This document shows positions 1-12,400 of a DNA stretch of 64,000 bases, one piece after another. The DNA is from Azolla caroliniana (lineage: Eukaryota > Plantae > Polypodiophyta), in NCBI GenBank assembly GCA_043228905.1, contig JBHGNT010000017.1:248001-312000 (forward strand), given 5' to 3'. The notes beneath the pieces were generated by a model. That model saw nothing but the letters and a program-made list of their open reading frames with translations, did not search any database and had not been told where the DNA came from. Numbering within the stretch: the first letter of the stretch is position 1; every line of letters starts with the position of its first letter. The position numbers were made by a program, and so were the translations under genes.

Positions 1-569
1 ACTAAGTGAGAATGGATATAATCATTTGACTATTCACTTCTAATTATGTTTTATAAATCATATGTTGAGAATCAAGCTCAACCTAGTCTAATGTGTGAAC
101 ACGCCATTTGAGAATATATGAGCACTCAGTGATCAAAAATCACCATTACTCTCTACACATTAACTATGTGTCATAGAATCATATTCTATGACACATAACT
201 AATGAGCTCAATATTCCCCATGACTAATGAGTCTCCAACAGTGCTGGACAAAGTCCTTTGAACAGTGTCAGTGTTCCGGTTACGGTGGGACTTTTGTCGA
301 CCAATGTGGGATGGGGAAGAGCCGGAATTTATTTCTGTTAGAATTTTCCAAAAATTGAAATCTAGCCTATTCATATTTTTCGAACCGGCTATTTATGGAA
401 TTCTTATATAAAAAATGTTTTAAAAAACGTTTTTATGTTTCTTTACCTTGAATTCCCTCTTTCCTCCTCAACCCCCTTTTTTCCCTAAAACAGGCAAAGC
501 CCCCCGCCCTTTTTCTGCATAGCTTCATTTTGTTTGCTCGTGTTTCGCCATCGCTACCAGGCCCCAAGG

Positions 570-604
<35 letters not shown>

Positions 605-1170
605 ATTCTTTTGTTCATCCTGCTTGTGTGTATGTAAGTCTAATTCTCCATTTGCTCTTGTTTCTCCATGGCTACCAGACAAATGGAGAAGGAAGAGCTC
701 CTTCTCCATTTGCTCTTGCTTCTCTATGACTGTTAGGAAAATGGAAAAAGAAGAGCTCCTTCTCCATTTGCACTTGTTTCTCCATGACTACTAGGGTTCT
801 CTCTCTCTCTCTCTCTCTCTAATTCTTTCGTTCATCCTACCTATGTGTATGTACTACTTAATCCCACGCCCACATAGATTTTTCGTGTGTTTTTGTTTTC
901 TGTCTGTACTTAAATTCTTTCTCTGCTCACATACACCTCTTTCTAAGGCATGTCTTCCTTCGTCTTGTTGTACCATCTCTTTCTCTCTCTCCATTTCTAT
1001 TCTCCGGTAAAGCTTTCTCCAGTCCCTCTCTCGCTCAATTTTTTCTGCATCTCTTTCTTCATTGTTTCTCATATGTTGTTTGATTATTTGATTGTTTCTC
1101 CCTCCGCAGATGTGGTAGGGTAACGCAAAATTTGATATTTGTGTTATGTTTTTTCCTTGGCTGTGAACAG

Positions 1171-1858
1171 GATAAGATTTTGCAGTTCCCTGAAAGAGTT
1201 CATACGGTTACTATTATGAATGATGAAGCTACTATCTACAAATCTCTACACATTGACAATCCAGCCGCAAAAGCGATAGTTGGTTAGTTGTCCCTTAACA
1301 TAATTCTCTTTGCGTATTGTTCTTGACAGCATTGTTTGGGAAATATTGCGTGAGTTCTCTTTTCATGCATGAAATATAATAAGAAACCATGAGAAAACAC
1401 TGCAACCTCACAAGAGTTGAGTAGGAAAAAATTGATCAGTATGCTAACAAAAGAACTACACATTTTCCTTATAAATGTTTTTATTCCCATTCGGCAAACA
1501 TTCTAATAATACAAACCTCTTGTTGGAAATAAACCTTTCACTTTATGTAGTGGAAGTTGTGAGATAACACCTTATAAATGTGATTTATAAATATTTCTAG
1601 TAGGCAAGTTCGTATAATATGACTGTTATTTTAGTGAATGATGTGCCAATCTTTTTCTGGAGCTCTCCTTTTAGGGAGAAAACATGAAATGTTTAAGCTT
1701 CATGTCACTTTGTGTTCTTGTCTGTACAGATATATCGAAAGTTCAAGATGATGAGGTTGGAGATTGGATAACGTTAGTGGTCGTTCTAACATAGGAGCTT
1801 TTACGAGAAGCAGAAAAACTTAAAGCGAAAAACATACACCCCATGACCATCATTGAAG
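1171..1858 (+). pseudogene. CCT2: Decayed two-exon fragment of T-complex protein 1 subunit beta (CCT2 chaperonin)
   Basis: Exon-like blocks 1171-1282 (after ...aacag; [37 protein letters not shown]) and 1730-1858 (after ...tacag; [11 protein letters not shown] / frameshift / [31 protein letters not shown]). They match the CCT-beta N-terminal signature ...[50 protein letters not shown]..KIHP. There is an extra base near 1760, an in-frame TAG and a destroyed GDGTT motif. No other CCT exons are recognisable. Confidence 0.85.
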
Positions 1859-2469
1859 TTATTGTTTGCATCAATGTCAAACCTTCTACATTTCGATCTC
1901 TTTATCTAAATTCCTTTCTGTACGTAATGACTATGCCTATGAACGCAGGTTGGGACATCATATTGACATTAACATTTGCATACATTAAAAGTGATGCATA
2001 AAACTCTATTCAAATGGGTTTAGTGTATGTATATCATCAATATTCAAACATGCCTTTGTGTACAAGACTATAGCAGGCTATACAAGGTTGAAGGGAATGT
2101 TGGGTGAAGAAGCCCCAACATTTTGTGATGCTTGCTTTTCGAGTTTGCATGTAGTATGCCCACTAATCTTTTGAAAGAGAAAGGTCTCAATATCCTAGAT
2201 GTGTTGATTGATGAGCTCAATGTTGTTGTGGGTGCTCAATTTGTCAGGGCAACATGGGAGCAAACATCAAGGGATAGAGAAATCGTTGGAATTTCCTAAT
2301 TCTCACTCACATTCTAGGGGTCTTTCTATAGGCTAGTTTTGGTTGCTTTTACTTGTTTGGGGAACCTACTTGTATTCTTGGAGAGCGCAATAGCTCTTCT
2401 AAGAAATTTACCAATCAAATAAAAACCATATAGTACACTCCTTTATTTCAAAACTGTGTTTGAATCAAA

Positions 2470-3155
2470 ATGTAATGCTAGTTTTGATCATCGAACAATG
2501 TATCAAAATGGATTATCATGCTAGTTTTGATGATTTGATTGATTCAGCAAATTGTTTCTTGTATTTAAAAGCCAGGATTGTGTCTTCATGATTGATATCA
2601 AGAAGCGTTGGAAGGTTTCGAGCATATGCAATGTCAAGGGATCATCCCAGATGAATAGTTGACATGTTGGCTCACTTGAAAAAGCAAAAGAGGAGCAAGG
2701 TGACGACGCGCTGATCAAGTCAAGAAGATGCAACTTCAACAAATGTCTAGAGATGAAGTCACATGTGCATGCATTTTGAAAACTTGTGGGTGCATTAGAT
2801 CCGCAACAAGGGCAATGAGATACATTTCGATGCTGAGAGGAAAGGGCTTTTCGGAAAAAGCCAACTTGCTGGAAATGCACTAGTAGAGATGATTTGAAAT
2901 GTGGCATGCTAACAAAAGTAAATGTAATGTTTGATAAACTTCCCATATGTGATACAGTGACATGGAATACATTGTTCACAGGTTATGTGCACTATGAGAA
3001 TGATGAGGAGGCCCTTAATGCCTTTGAGTAGATGCAAAAGAAGAGAATCTCTTCTAATTTTGTCACATTTGTAGGTACTCTAAAAGCTTCTGTTAGCATT
3101 GGAGCAATAGAAAAGGGCAGAGAAATGCATGTAAAGATTGAGGAGATGGGGCAGG
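2470..3155 (+). pseudogene. Degenerate PLS-class pentatricopeptide repeat (PPR) gene fragment
   Basis: From ~2870: GNALVEM/fs/KCGMLTKVNVMFDKLPICDTVTWNTLFTGYVHYENDEEALNAFE*MQKKRISSNFVTFVGTLKASVSIGAIEKGREMHVKIEEMG, a typical S-P-L motif succession. Further decayed motifs lie at 2470-2860. Multiple stops and frameshifts. Boundaries approximate. Confidence 0.8.
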
Positions 3156-4039
3156 TTGAAGAGAAACCATATGAGAGGAAATGGAGTTTTACCAAAGCCT
3201 GTTGGAATTGCTTGTAGTCATACAACCATGGTAGATAAAGGCCAAATATATTGTGAAGCCATGGTGATGAGCAATTATTACAGAAGAATAATGGCGTAGT
3301 ATCTATCCACATATGGATAACTACATGGATGAACAATGAGAAAGTACAGTTCAATGTTTAAGCCAATGATTACATGAGATGGAAAGAAGATTCATGTATG
3401 TGTTCACCATTCTTTGTAGTCTTCGAGGGTTTTTTTATTTTTATTTTTATTGGCCTATCACGGCTACAACCTTTATAAGGTTGTTACACTAATCATTTTG
3501 TCATGTATGTAGAATTTCTACTAATGAAGAATATGTTTTTGGAAAAAAAAAAACCTTTTCCTTAAATGACTTAGTTTCACCTTTACCTTAAGTGGCTCAA
3601 TAGTTCTTAAAGGGTTTGACTTTGCTTTTGTTATACATAAATGGTCTGGCTTGGTTTGAAGGCCAAGAAACCAAACCAAACTAAAACATAACCGGGCTCA
3701 TACCTACTTCTTGTTGTATGTTCTTGTAAACTCTTTGAGGACCATAAAACTCCATTGACCTTCTTCAATTTCTCGATGCATTAGAGAATGCAAAAGGTTG
3801 TTTTCTTTATCCCGTAAATCACAAAGTAGAACTTTCTTATGTAATTTCTCTATTTTATTTGGTGAGTTGCTAAAGGTCTTCCTAGATTCCATGGTGCAGA
3901 ATTTATACCAAACAATCATGTATGTATGCATAGAATGTAATATTCGTGTTCATGCAAGCATTCAAACGTTTGGAAATGAACACGTTTGAAAAGAGAAAAA
4001 TACATGGTCCTTTTTTTTTGTTTATTGTCATTACAAATT

Positions 4040-4590
4040 TAGCTTACCCTAGTGGTAAGGAGTCATGCTATTGTTGTCTATGTCTTGGGTTTGATTCCCA
4101 ATTTTCTCATCTCTCTCATTAGTACCATGTCATAGCAAAATTTCACGTTAGTGTCATAATAGTTTTTTTCTTTTTTCTTTTTTCGTATTATTAGAACTAA
4201 GCACAACCTAGTGGTAAGTTGTCGTGCTACTATTACTTGTGTTTGGATTCAATTCCCAACTTTCTCATATCCTCTTGTTAGTGTCATGTTCCTTTTTCTT
4301 TCTTTCTTTGTTATTAGAAATTAGGTCACCCTAGTGGTAAGTTGTTATGCTACTACTACCTATGTCATGGCAAAAATTTATGTTAGTGTCATGTTCCTTC
4401 TTTCTTTCTTTCTTTCTTTGTTATTAGAAATTAGGTCACCCTAGTGGTAAGTTGTTATGCTACTACTGCCTATGTCATGGCAAAAATTTATGTTAGTGTC
4501 ATGTTCCTTCTTTCTTTCTTTCTTTCTTTGTTATTAGAAATTAGGTCACCCTAGTGGTAAGTTGTTATGCTACTACTGCCTATGTCATGT
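4040..4590 (+). repeat. Tandem array (~110-160 bp units) with tRNA/SINE-like box A/box B motifs
   Basis: Five copies of CCTAGTGGTAAG. The last three units start at 4311, 4421 and 4531 (period 110, near-identical). The first two units also carry GG(G/A)TT(T/C)(G/A)ATTCCC (box-B-like) about 45 nt after the box-A-like motif. Confidence 0.7.
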
Positions 4591-5197
4591 TTTCTTCATA
4601 TTCTCAAATATACATTTTATGAGTTTTTGAACGTTTGATTATAATTTATAATGACATATTTTGATTCCGTCTTTATAGTTCATACTCATTTTTTTGTAAA
4701 GTTCTAAAGTGAGGATGATAGAGATGTCTTGATTCTTAAGAAGCATCCCAAAACTATGCATGTGATACAATGCAAATATTGCAACCATACTAGTATTGGT
4801 GGTTCACAATGGATTAGAGTCCAGTTATTGGGATTGAGAGTGAATCAATATATAATATAGACCACAATCAATCCAATCCAACTTTGAGATGATTTATCAC
4901 ACACGTTTGATTGAATCATTCTGGAATGCGAATACACGTATGATACGTATGGTTCATTCTATTTATGTATGCATGCATGGAATTCTATTGAATGGTGTTG
5001 AAGAGGCACACACAAGTTCTCAATCAATTTCGTAGCACGTATTGTATTGTATTTGTATTGTATAGACTTGAAGATATCGTTATTTACGTGGTGGAAGCCA
5101 ACCCGCCCTTCCATCACTCTTTGCACCGTTTCCCATATGTATGTATTTTGACGTCGTTCTTATAACGTTATTACGATGACATGTACATACATATATG

Positions 5198-5201
<4 letters not shown>

Positions 5202-5230
<29 letters not shown>

Positions 5231-5247
5231 TGTATGTATGTATGTAT
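5202..5247. repeat. (TATG)n microsatellite upstream of the homoserine dehydrogenase gene
   Basis: Visible directly. A (CTG)n run follows at ~5295-5311. Confidence 0.95.
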
Positions 5248-5345
5248 ATTAATGGTCATAAGACCCATTTCCTTTTTACAACACCCACTTGTTGCTGCTG
5301 CTGCTGCTGCTGTTCTTTTCTTCTTCCACAGCGAAGCTTATTTAC

Positions 5346-8300
5346 ATGGCTGATGCAACGTCAAAGAAGAAGAAGAAGACCAGCAGCATTCCCGTGGTGC
5401 TGATAGGCTGTGGTGGCGTTGGCCAGCAGCTCCTTCACCACATCATAGCTACGCGAGCTCTCCATGCCAATTCCCAGGTCAGTTATAATAACTATACACA
5501 CCCGCCTTCTTCTTCTCCCATCCCGACTGGTTGTAGACCCAGTCATCTCATATCTTCTTCTGTGAGGTCATGGATTTTCATCTCCTTCTGAGATCACATC
5601 AAGGTTCTTATCACAGTGTCCAAGAGAATCCCAGACATTGAATTTCTCGTAAAATAATGGATGCATGTCACATGCTACTTCCTCAGGAAATCGACACAGA
5701 ATATGCCACTTCTTCATGAAATGCACAAAATTTGCATTTGTTTTCAGGAAATGAACATACTACTTCCCACTTCTCAATAACATTGTACAAAGGTTGCTTA
5801 TCCTTCAGGAAACTATAATTTTAGTTCAACTTGCCTTTTAAAACGAATGGATGGATTCCTATCAACTATATCAATCATCATTGCAACAGTGTCAACAATT
5901 GCATTTAAGATCTGTATTATCACCAAAAAATGGACATACTGCATGGCTCACATGCAACTGACATTTTTCTACTAGATTCACAATGCCGCAAAGGAAAGAA
6001 AGTTATACATTTTTCTCAGATTTTCGATTCTCAAAAAACCTATTGGTCACATATTATTCCATCTGCTGCAGCATCATTTAGGCTCCTCTAGAAACGAGCA
6101 TTTCTTCTTCTTTCTTTGAAGTAACTGTTGTACCTAAAATGTGCTTTTTTGTCATATGAAACTAACGTGATCATTAAATGATTAGAATTTTTAATACATC
6201 TTTACATTTCAAATTCCTGTAACAAAAATGTTGAACTGTGACAGGAAGTACACATTTCCATTAAAGCTGTCTGTGACAGTAGGTCTTTTGTAATAGGGGG
6301 TGGTGATGTATCAGAACTTGATGATACAGTTCTTAAGAGAATTCTTGTTGAAAAGGCCTCAAAATCTCCACTTTCAAGTCTGCAATCATGTGGTAATCGC
6401 CAAAATTATGTTGTTTATCAAGAAAAGTTGCATTCCTTTAAAATCCTTTGAAAAAACTGCATTTAGAAAAATCTGACTACAAACTTATTCTTTCATTTAT
6501 GTGTTGCAATAGCAGAAAACTGTTAAGGACAGTGGTAAGATGCCAAAGACACTAGCAATAGCAGAAAAATAAACATAACAAGAACTATATTTTTTAGTGA
6601 GGCGGAAAGCCTTTAAATACAAGAATGAGAGTGGGTTTTATAACAAATGCACTTATGAGAGGGAATAAAGTATGCCTAGAAGCATAATGAGTTGAAGTAG
6701 CAGAGAGAAAGAAAACAATGTTGTAAATGTTGTAATGAAGTAGTGGCAGTTTTAGAAAGTCAAATGAAATAAATGCTGGAATAAAGTAAATCTTGAGAGA
6801 GAGAAACATGTATAGAGTGTGTAGAAGGGAGAGATTAGTTTTGGGGCTGCCACCCTGGAGCACCTCCTCTCAGCTCCAGAATAATTCCCCTAACATTGAG
6901 ATGAGTAAGGAATTAATCAATAGTGTCCCTAGGAAGTTGCTTGGTAAAGAGGTGAGGCACATTTTCTTGAATGGAACAGTAGTAAATCTTATAATTTGAT
7001 TAGTGAGAAGCTCACAAACAAAATGGTAGTGAACTTCAATGCGTTTAGTCTGATCATTGAAGGAGGAATTGTGTGCTAATGCACAAGCACTTTGGCTATC
7101 AGGTACAACTCAAATAGGATTGACCTGTGGAATTCCAAGATGTTCAAGGATTTGTCTTAGCCATAAGAGTTCGCAGCATGTATCCAAATAGGCACAAGAT
7201 AAGCTTATGTAGACGAAGTGAAAACTGAAATTTTTTTCTCGGACCTTCAAGAAACCAAACCTGAGTCTAGCAAGAACAATAGCCAGATGTAGACCCCCTT
7301 AGGGTTTAGGGTTTAGAAGGGTTTTATGAAACGGATTTGGTTTTGTGACAGATGCATTTATGAATGGGGATAAAATATGAGTAGGAGCATAATGAGTTAA
7401 AGTGGAGTAGTGGAAAAAATAAAACAATGTAGTAAATTGTAATGAAGTAGTGGAAAGTTCTGAAAATCAAATGAAATACATGTTGTTAGAGAAAAACATT
7501 TAGAGAGAGTGTACAGGGGAGAGATTAGTTTTGGGGCTCTCAACCTCCAACAATTTACATAATCAGAATGGATTTAATTGAAGGATACAACATCAACGTC
7601 TTTGAGAGGGAGGGTGAAAGTTGGGATTTATCCAATTACCTTGAACAGTGGAACCATTCCACAGGTATTGTTTGAACTACATTTTTGTTAGTAGACTAAG
7701 GATAAAAAACAATACATCTTAATTATAAATACAGGATGATTTTTGCAGGCCTGGTTGTGGTTGATTGTTCTGCAAGTGACGATACAGCGTTATTGCTTAG
7801 TAGAGCTGCAGGATGGGGTCTTTGTATTGTTTTAGCAAATAAGAAGCCATTGACCTCTTCTATGGTGAGCTTTCATATTGTTTTCGGCCATAAACTGGAA
7901 TATACAAGGAGTCATCATCCTTTTTCTTTAATACAGGATATATATTCTGAGCTGTGCAAAAGAAGGCGCAGGATACGCTATGAATCTACGGTACGATTAA
8001 GTAATGGAGATGACTTGGAGACAGATGATGACTAAATGGTTTTCATATTTGATTAGTGGTTTACATTGCAATAAATTGATCTTATCTGGTTTCCTGGAGA
8101 TGTCCATCCTCTTACATCATATTTCATGTTGGTGAATTTATGTGTTGCAGGTTGGAGCTGGCCTTCCAGTTATAACTGCTTTAGGTCGTTTTTTAACAGC
8201 TGGAGATCCTGTCTATAAAATTGTTGGTGCTTTAAGTGGTGAGGCGTGATGTCTTCATAAGGCCTTCTAACAAGGTAACTATGAGAAGTATTACACCATT

Positions 8301-9404
8301 TTGCTCATGATGCAGGTACATTAGCCTATGTTATGAGCAATTTGCAAAGAGGAACAACATTCAGCTCAACAGTACAATTAGCTAAGTCTCATGGCTATAC
8401 TGAACCAGGTTATCAGCATACACTTGACAAGTTTTCTGGCCTGAAGAATATTTGTTTACATAGGCTTTATGTGTGAGTACTAAATCCATTGGGACTTATC
8501 TTCTCTGTCAGACCCACGTGATGATTTAAGTGGCATGGATGTTGCAAGGAAGGTACTCATAAATTTTGTTTAAGGTCTTTTTTTCTAAAGGTCCGTTTTT
8601 ATCATTCATAAATCCTGTTACAGTTATATTCTCGTATTTTGTATAGGCACTCATTCTTGGTCGTCTTCTGGGATGGCATATTGATATGGGAGACGTGGAG
8701 GTACATTTTATGTTTCTGATCTTATTGGAAAAAAATGAAATATTTTTATTTAATTGTCACTATACAACATATGATTGTTGATGTGTCTTCATCTACAGAC
8801 AAAATATTGTACTTTGCATTTCACATAATAGTTTCCAAAAGATTTCCTCTTGAAACATTATCGAGTTGTCTATCTATCTCATCTATCTGTTTTGGTTTCT
8901 GTCAACAAAAGGTGGAAAGCCTCTTTCCTGAAGAAATGGAACAAGACAGAATGTCATTAGAACAATTCATGCTTGATGGTCTTCCCTCACTAAATGAGAA
9001 GATTGATAACCGAGTTAATCTGGCAAGATCAAGAGGCTGTGTCCTGTGTTATGTTGCAACCATCAAGGAAGGAAGGTAAAGTTGTATGCTTCAATATGAA
9101 TCATTATATGCAAAATTTCATCGCATTGTTTAGGTTGATACGCATATATATCCAGAACTCATTTTTTAGGAAGAATGCGAGCACTCCATGAGACTACTCT
9201 TCTATGAAGTTATTATTTGAACAAGTATATTTTCACCACTTTGCACTGAAAGAATTGCATATAATTGTAGCATAAATTTTGAGTTTTCTAGATTTTCTTA
9301 ACTTTTGCCATCCATGTCTTCTAATTTTCTGCAGGTGCAAGGTTGGAATTGAAGAAGTTCCGTTAGAATCTCCCCTTGGTCGATTGCAAGGCAGCGATAA
9401 CCTG

Positions 9405-9487
<83 letters not shown>

Positions 9488-12400
9488 CCAAGGATTGTCA
9501 AAATCATTGAATAAAGCAGCCACAAATGCCTTTCCACACACAACGGTCAATCCCCCCAAACTTGGTATGTCGAGGAATGTCCTAGTTGGTATTTTGAGGA
9601 ATGCCGTGATACACACAAACAAGCAACCTTTCAACGGCTCGTAAGGAAGAAGAAGAGATTGTATTTAGCTTAATTTAACGATCATTTGTATCGCTTGTTT
9701 CTAGGACAAGAAAGTAAAAGAGCATGGAAAATGTTTAATGAGAGGCAACCTTCCCCACAAGTAACATCACCTCAAGTATGGCATGAATATGCAAAGCTCC
9801 TATATGATATCGCGAGGCAACCTCCTCTTCCCCGCCCACATGGCTCACGCCCACATGAATGCGCCTTTTTTACTCCACAAAATCTAAGAAATGCCATTTA
9901 TCAATTACAATTTGGGAAGGCCTAGGATCATGATTGGGGAGCACTTTATCTATGCCCGTGACATCTTGCTCCCATTGTTCGCACACATCTTTAATAGAGC
10001 CATGTGTTTAGGTTTCCCTACAAATGGACTCAGCATACCATTGTGCCAATCCTCAAGAGTGGAGACCCCATGATGCCAAGCTATTGGACAATCATGTTAG
10101 GAATATGTCCATACTATGGGAGGAGCTGACTAATCGGACCGAGAGTCGACAGTCGAAGACAATGAGTAGCCAACTGGTCGGGCCGAGAGCCAATCGTCGA
10201 AGACATGGAGAGACGGCTAAGAAAGAGTCGACATGGTGAGTCGACAATGTTGCAGATGTAATCCAAGTCGAAGACATGACCGACTTGTTGGGCCGACCGG
10301 ATGGTCGATGACAAGACTGACTAGTTGGACCGACTGGACAATCGACATAAGAATCGGCTAGTTGAATTGATTAGTCGACCAGTCGGTTGATTAACTACTA
10401 TTATTAGTAGCATAATAATATGAATGAAAGTAGTAGAGACTACATTTGTAAATAGCGCATACAATGTATAATTATAAATACACTTGGGGGAAACATAGTA
10501 GTGTAGAGCTGTAGAACAGAAAGAATAGAATAGCGTGGTAGAGAGTTGCAGAGAGAGAGAGAGAGAGCTAGAGAGGAGCGCCATAGCCAAGTGAGGTTAG
10601 ACATCAAGAGCCCTGTGTGGCTGATGCACTCTGAGAAAGAGTGTTGTATTCTGATCTCATCTCGTATTCTCTGTTGTATAGTGGAATCTCTGTTCCCGTG
10701 GTTCTTTTCCCATTTAGGGTTTCCACGTAAAACTCTGAGCACTGTGCATTTGCTGTTTTTTGTCTTCCGCATTGTTGTGCATTTTCGAGTTGGTTCTTCT
10801 CACGAATCATAGGGATCGAATCCCATCAAACTGGTATCAGAGCTTGAGGTGCAAGCATGGAAGGAGGTGTGAGTGGCTTCCCAAGTATGATAGTTCTAAA
10901 CTCTCAGAACTATGCAGACTAGAAGATAAAGATGGAGGACCTTCTCATAGTCAAAGACCTATACGAGCCCATCGACAGAGCAGAAATACTCATGGGGGTA
11001 TTAGAGTCTGAATGGAAACTTCTGAATAGAAAGGCGATGGCCACCATCAGACAGTGCGTCAATGTAAGTGTCCTTCAGCATGTGGTGAACGACACAAATG
11101 CCTACGAGATGTGGCAGAAGCTGGCAGGCCTATATGAGAGGAAGAACGCCCTAAACAAAACATCTCTTATGAGAAAGATTTTGAGGCTGAAATACAAGGA
11201 CGGGGATAGCATAGTTGAGCACGTAAGCACATTCATGAGGTATGTGAACCAACTTGCGGCAACCAAGTTTCCCTTTGAAGATGCAATGCAGGCCATACTA
11301 CTACTATGTACCCTACCAGACAGTTGGGAGAACCTGGTGGTGACTCTCAGCACTTCGTGTCAAGAAGAGAACTTGTCTTTACAAGCCGTAAAGACAAGCT
11401 TCTTGAACAAAGAGACAAGAAGAAAGGACAAGAGTGTCATGTCTCAATCAGAGTCAAACTTGATTCAACAAACCGGCAGAGGAAGGAACCGGCAAAGAAG
11501 TCCACAAAGAATGGACAACTCCCAAGCCAGGTTCAAGTCCAAAGGTAAGCTAACATGCTTTCATTGTGGAAAACCTGGACACTATCAGAAGGACTGCCGA
11601 TACATGAGGAAGGACAAAGGTGTCAGTAATGGTGTCGAACCCAGGAAAATTTCTAATGAAAAGGGTACCTCAGCCGTTACTACAAGTGCAAAGGAGATCT
11701 TGTTCATTTGTGAGCAAGCAAGAACAAATCTTGCAAGTGAAGAGTGAACTTGGGTAATCGACTCGGGGGCATCTTTCCATATAACTCTATCAAGAGAGTG
11801 TTTCTCGACTTACACAGTTGGGGATCATGGCTATGTAAAGATGGGAGATAATGGGGAGTGCAAGATAGCCGGCATAGGAAGTGTATGCATGATGACGTCA
11901 ACATGTTGTCAATTGACTCTAAGGGAAGTTCTACAAGTCCTCGATATCAGATTGAATTTGATATCGACTAGAAGGCTACGATGGCAACTTCCGAAACGGC
12001 AAGTGGAAGTTCTGCCGAGGAAACATCATATTGGCCCGAGCACAGAAAGAGGGCACATTGTATATGATGCATGCCTGACTGTGCAAGTCAGAAGTGAATG
12101 TGGCAGCCGCCTCGAATGGAGAATTACGACATAAGAGACTAGGCCACATGAGTGAAAAAGGAATGTATATCTTGGCTGACCAAGAACTTCTCCCATAAGT
12201 GAAAGGAGTACACTTGGAGAAGTGTGTTGACTGCTCAGTTGGAAAGTAGAACAGAGAAGCATTCCACACAAGACCACCAAAAAGAAGAGAAGTTGCATTG
12301 GAACTAGTACACACGGATGTGTGCTATGTAGATGCTCCATCGCATCGAGGTGGACAGCACTTTGTAACGTTTATTGACGACTATAGTCGGAAGACCTGGG

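Noticed and set aside
4040-4102. Functional tRNA gene
   Set aside because: Only box A/B-like motifs are present, with no coherent cloverleaf or anticodon arm.
4311-4590. CRISPR-like regularly spaced repeats
   Set aside because: Whole units are repeated with no unique spacers, the context is eukaryotic and there are no cas genes.
5289-5345. Poly-Leu 'signal peptide' upstream of HSDH
   Set aside because: It starts at TTG and is the translation of a (CTG)n microsatellite. The first ATG is at 5346.
9233-9644. ORFs with (ER)n / (LS)n repeats, also at 433-618, 45114-45404 and 5080-5268
   Set aside because: These are translations of microsatellites.
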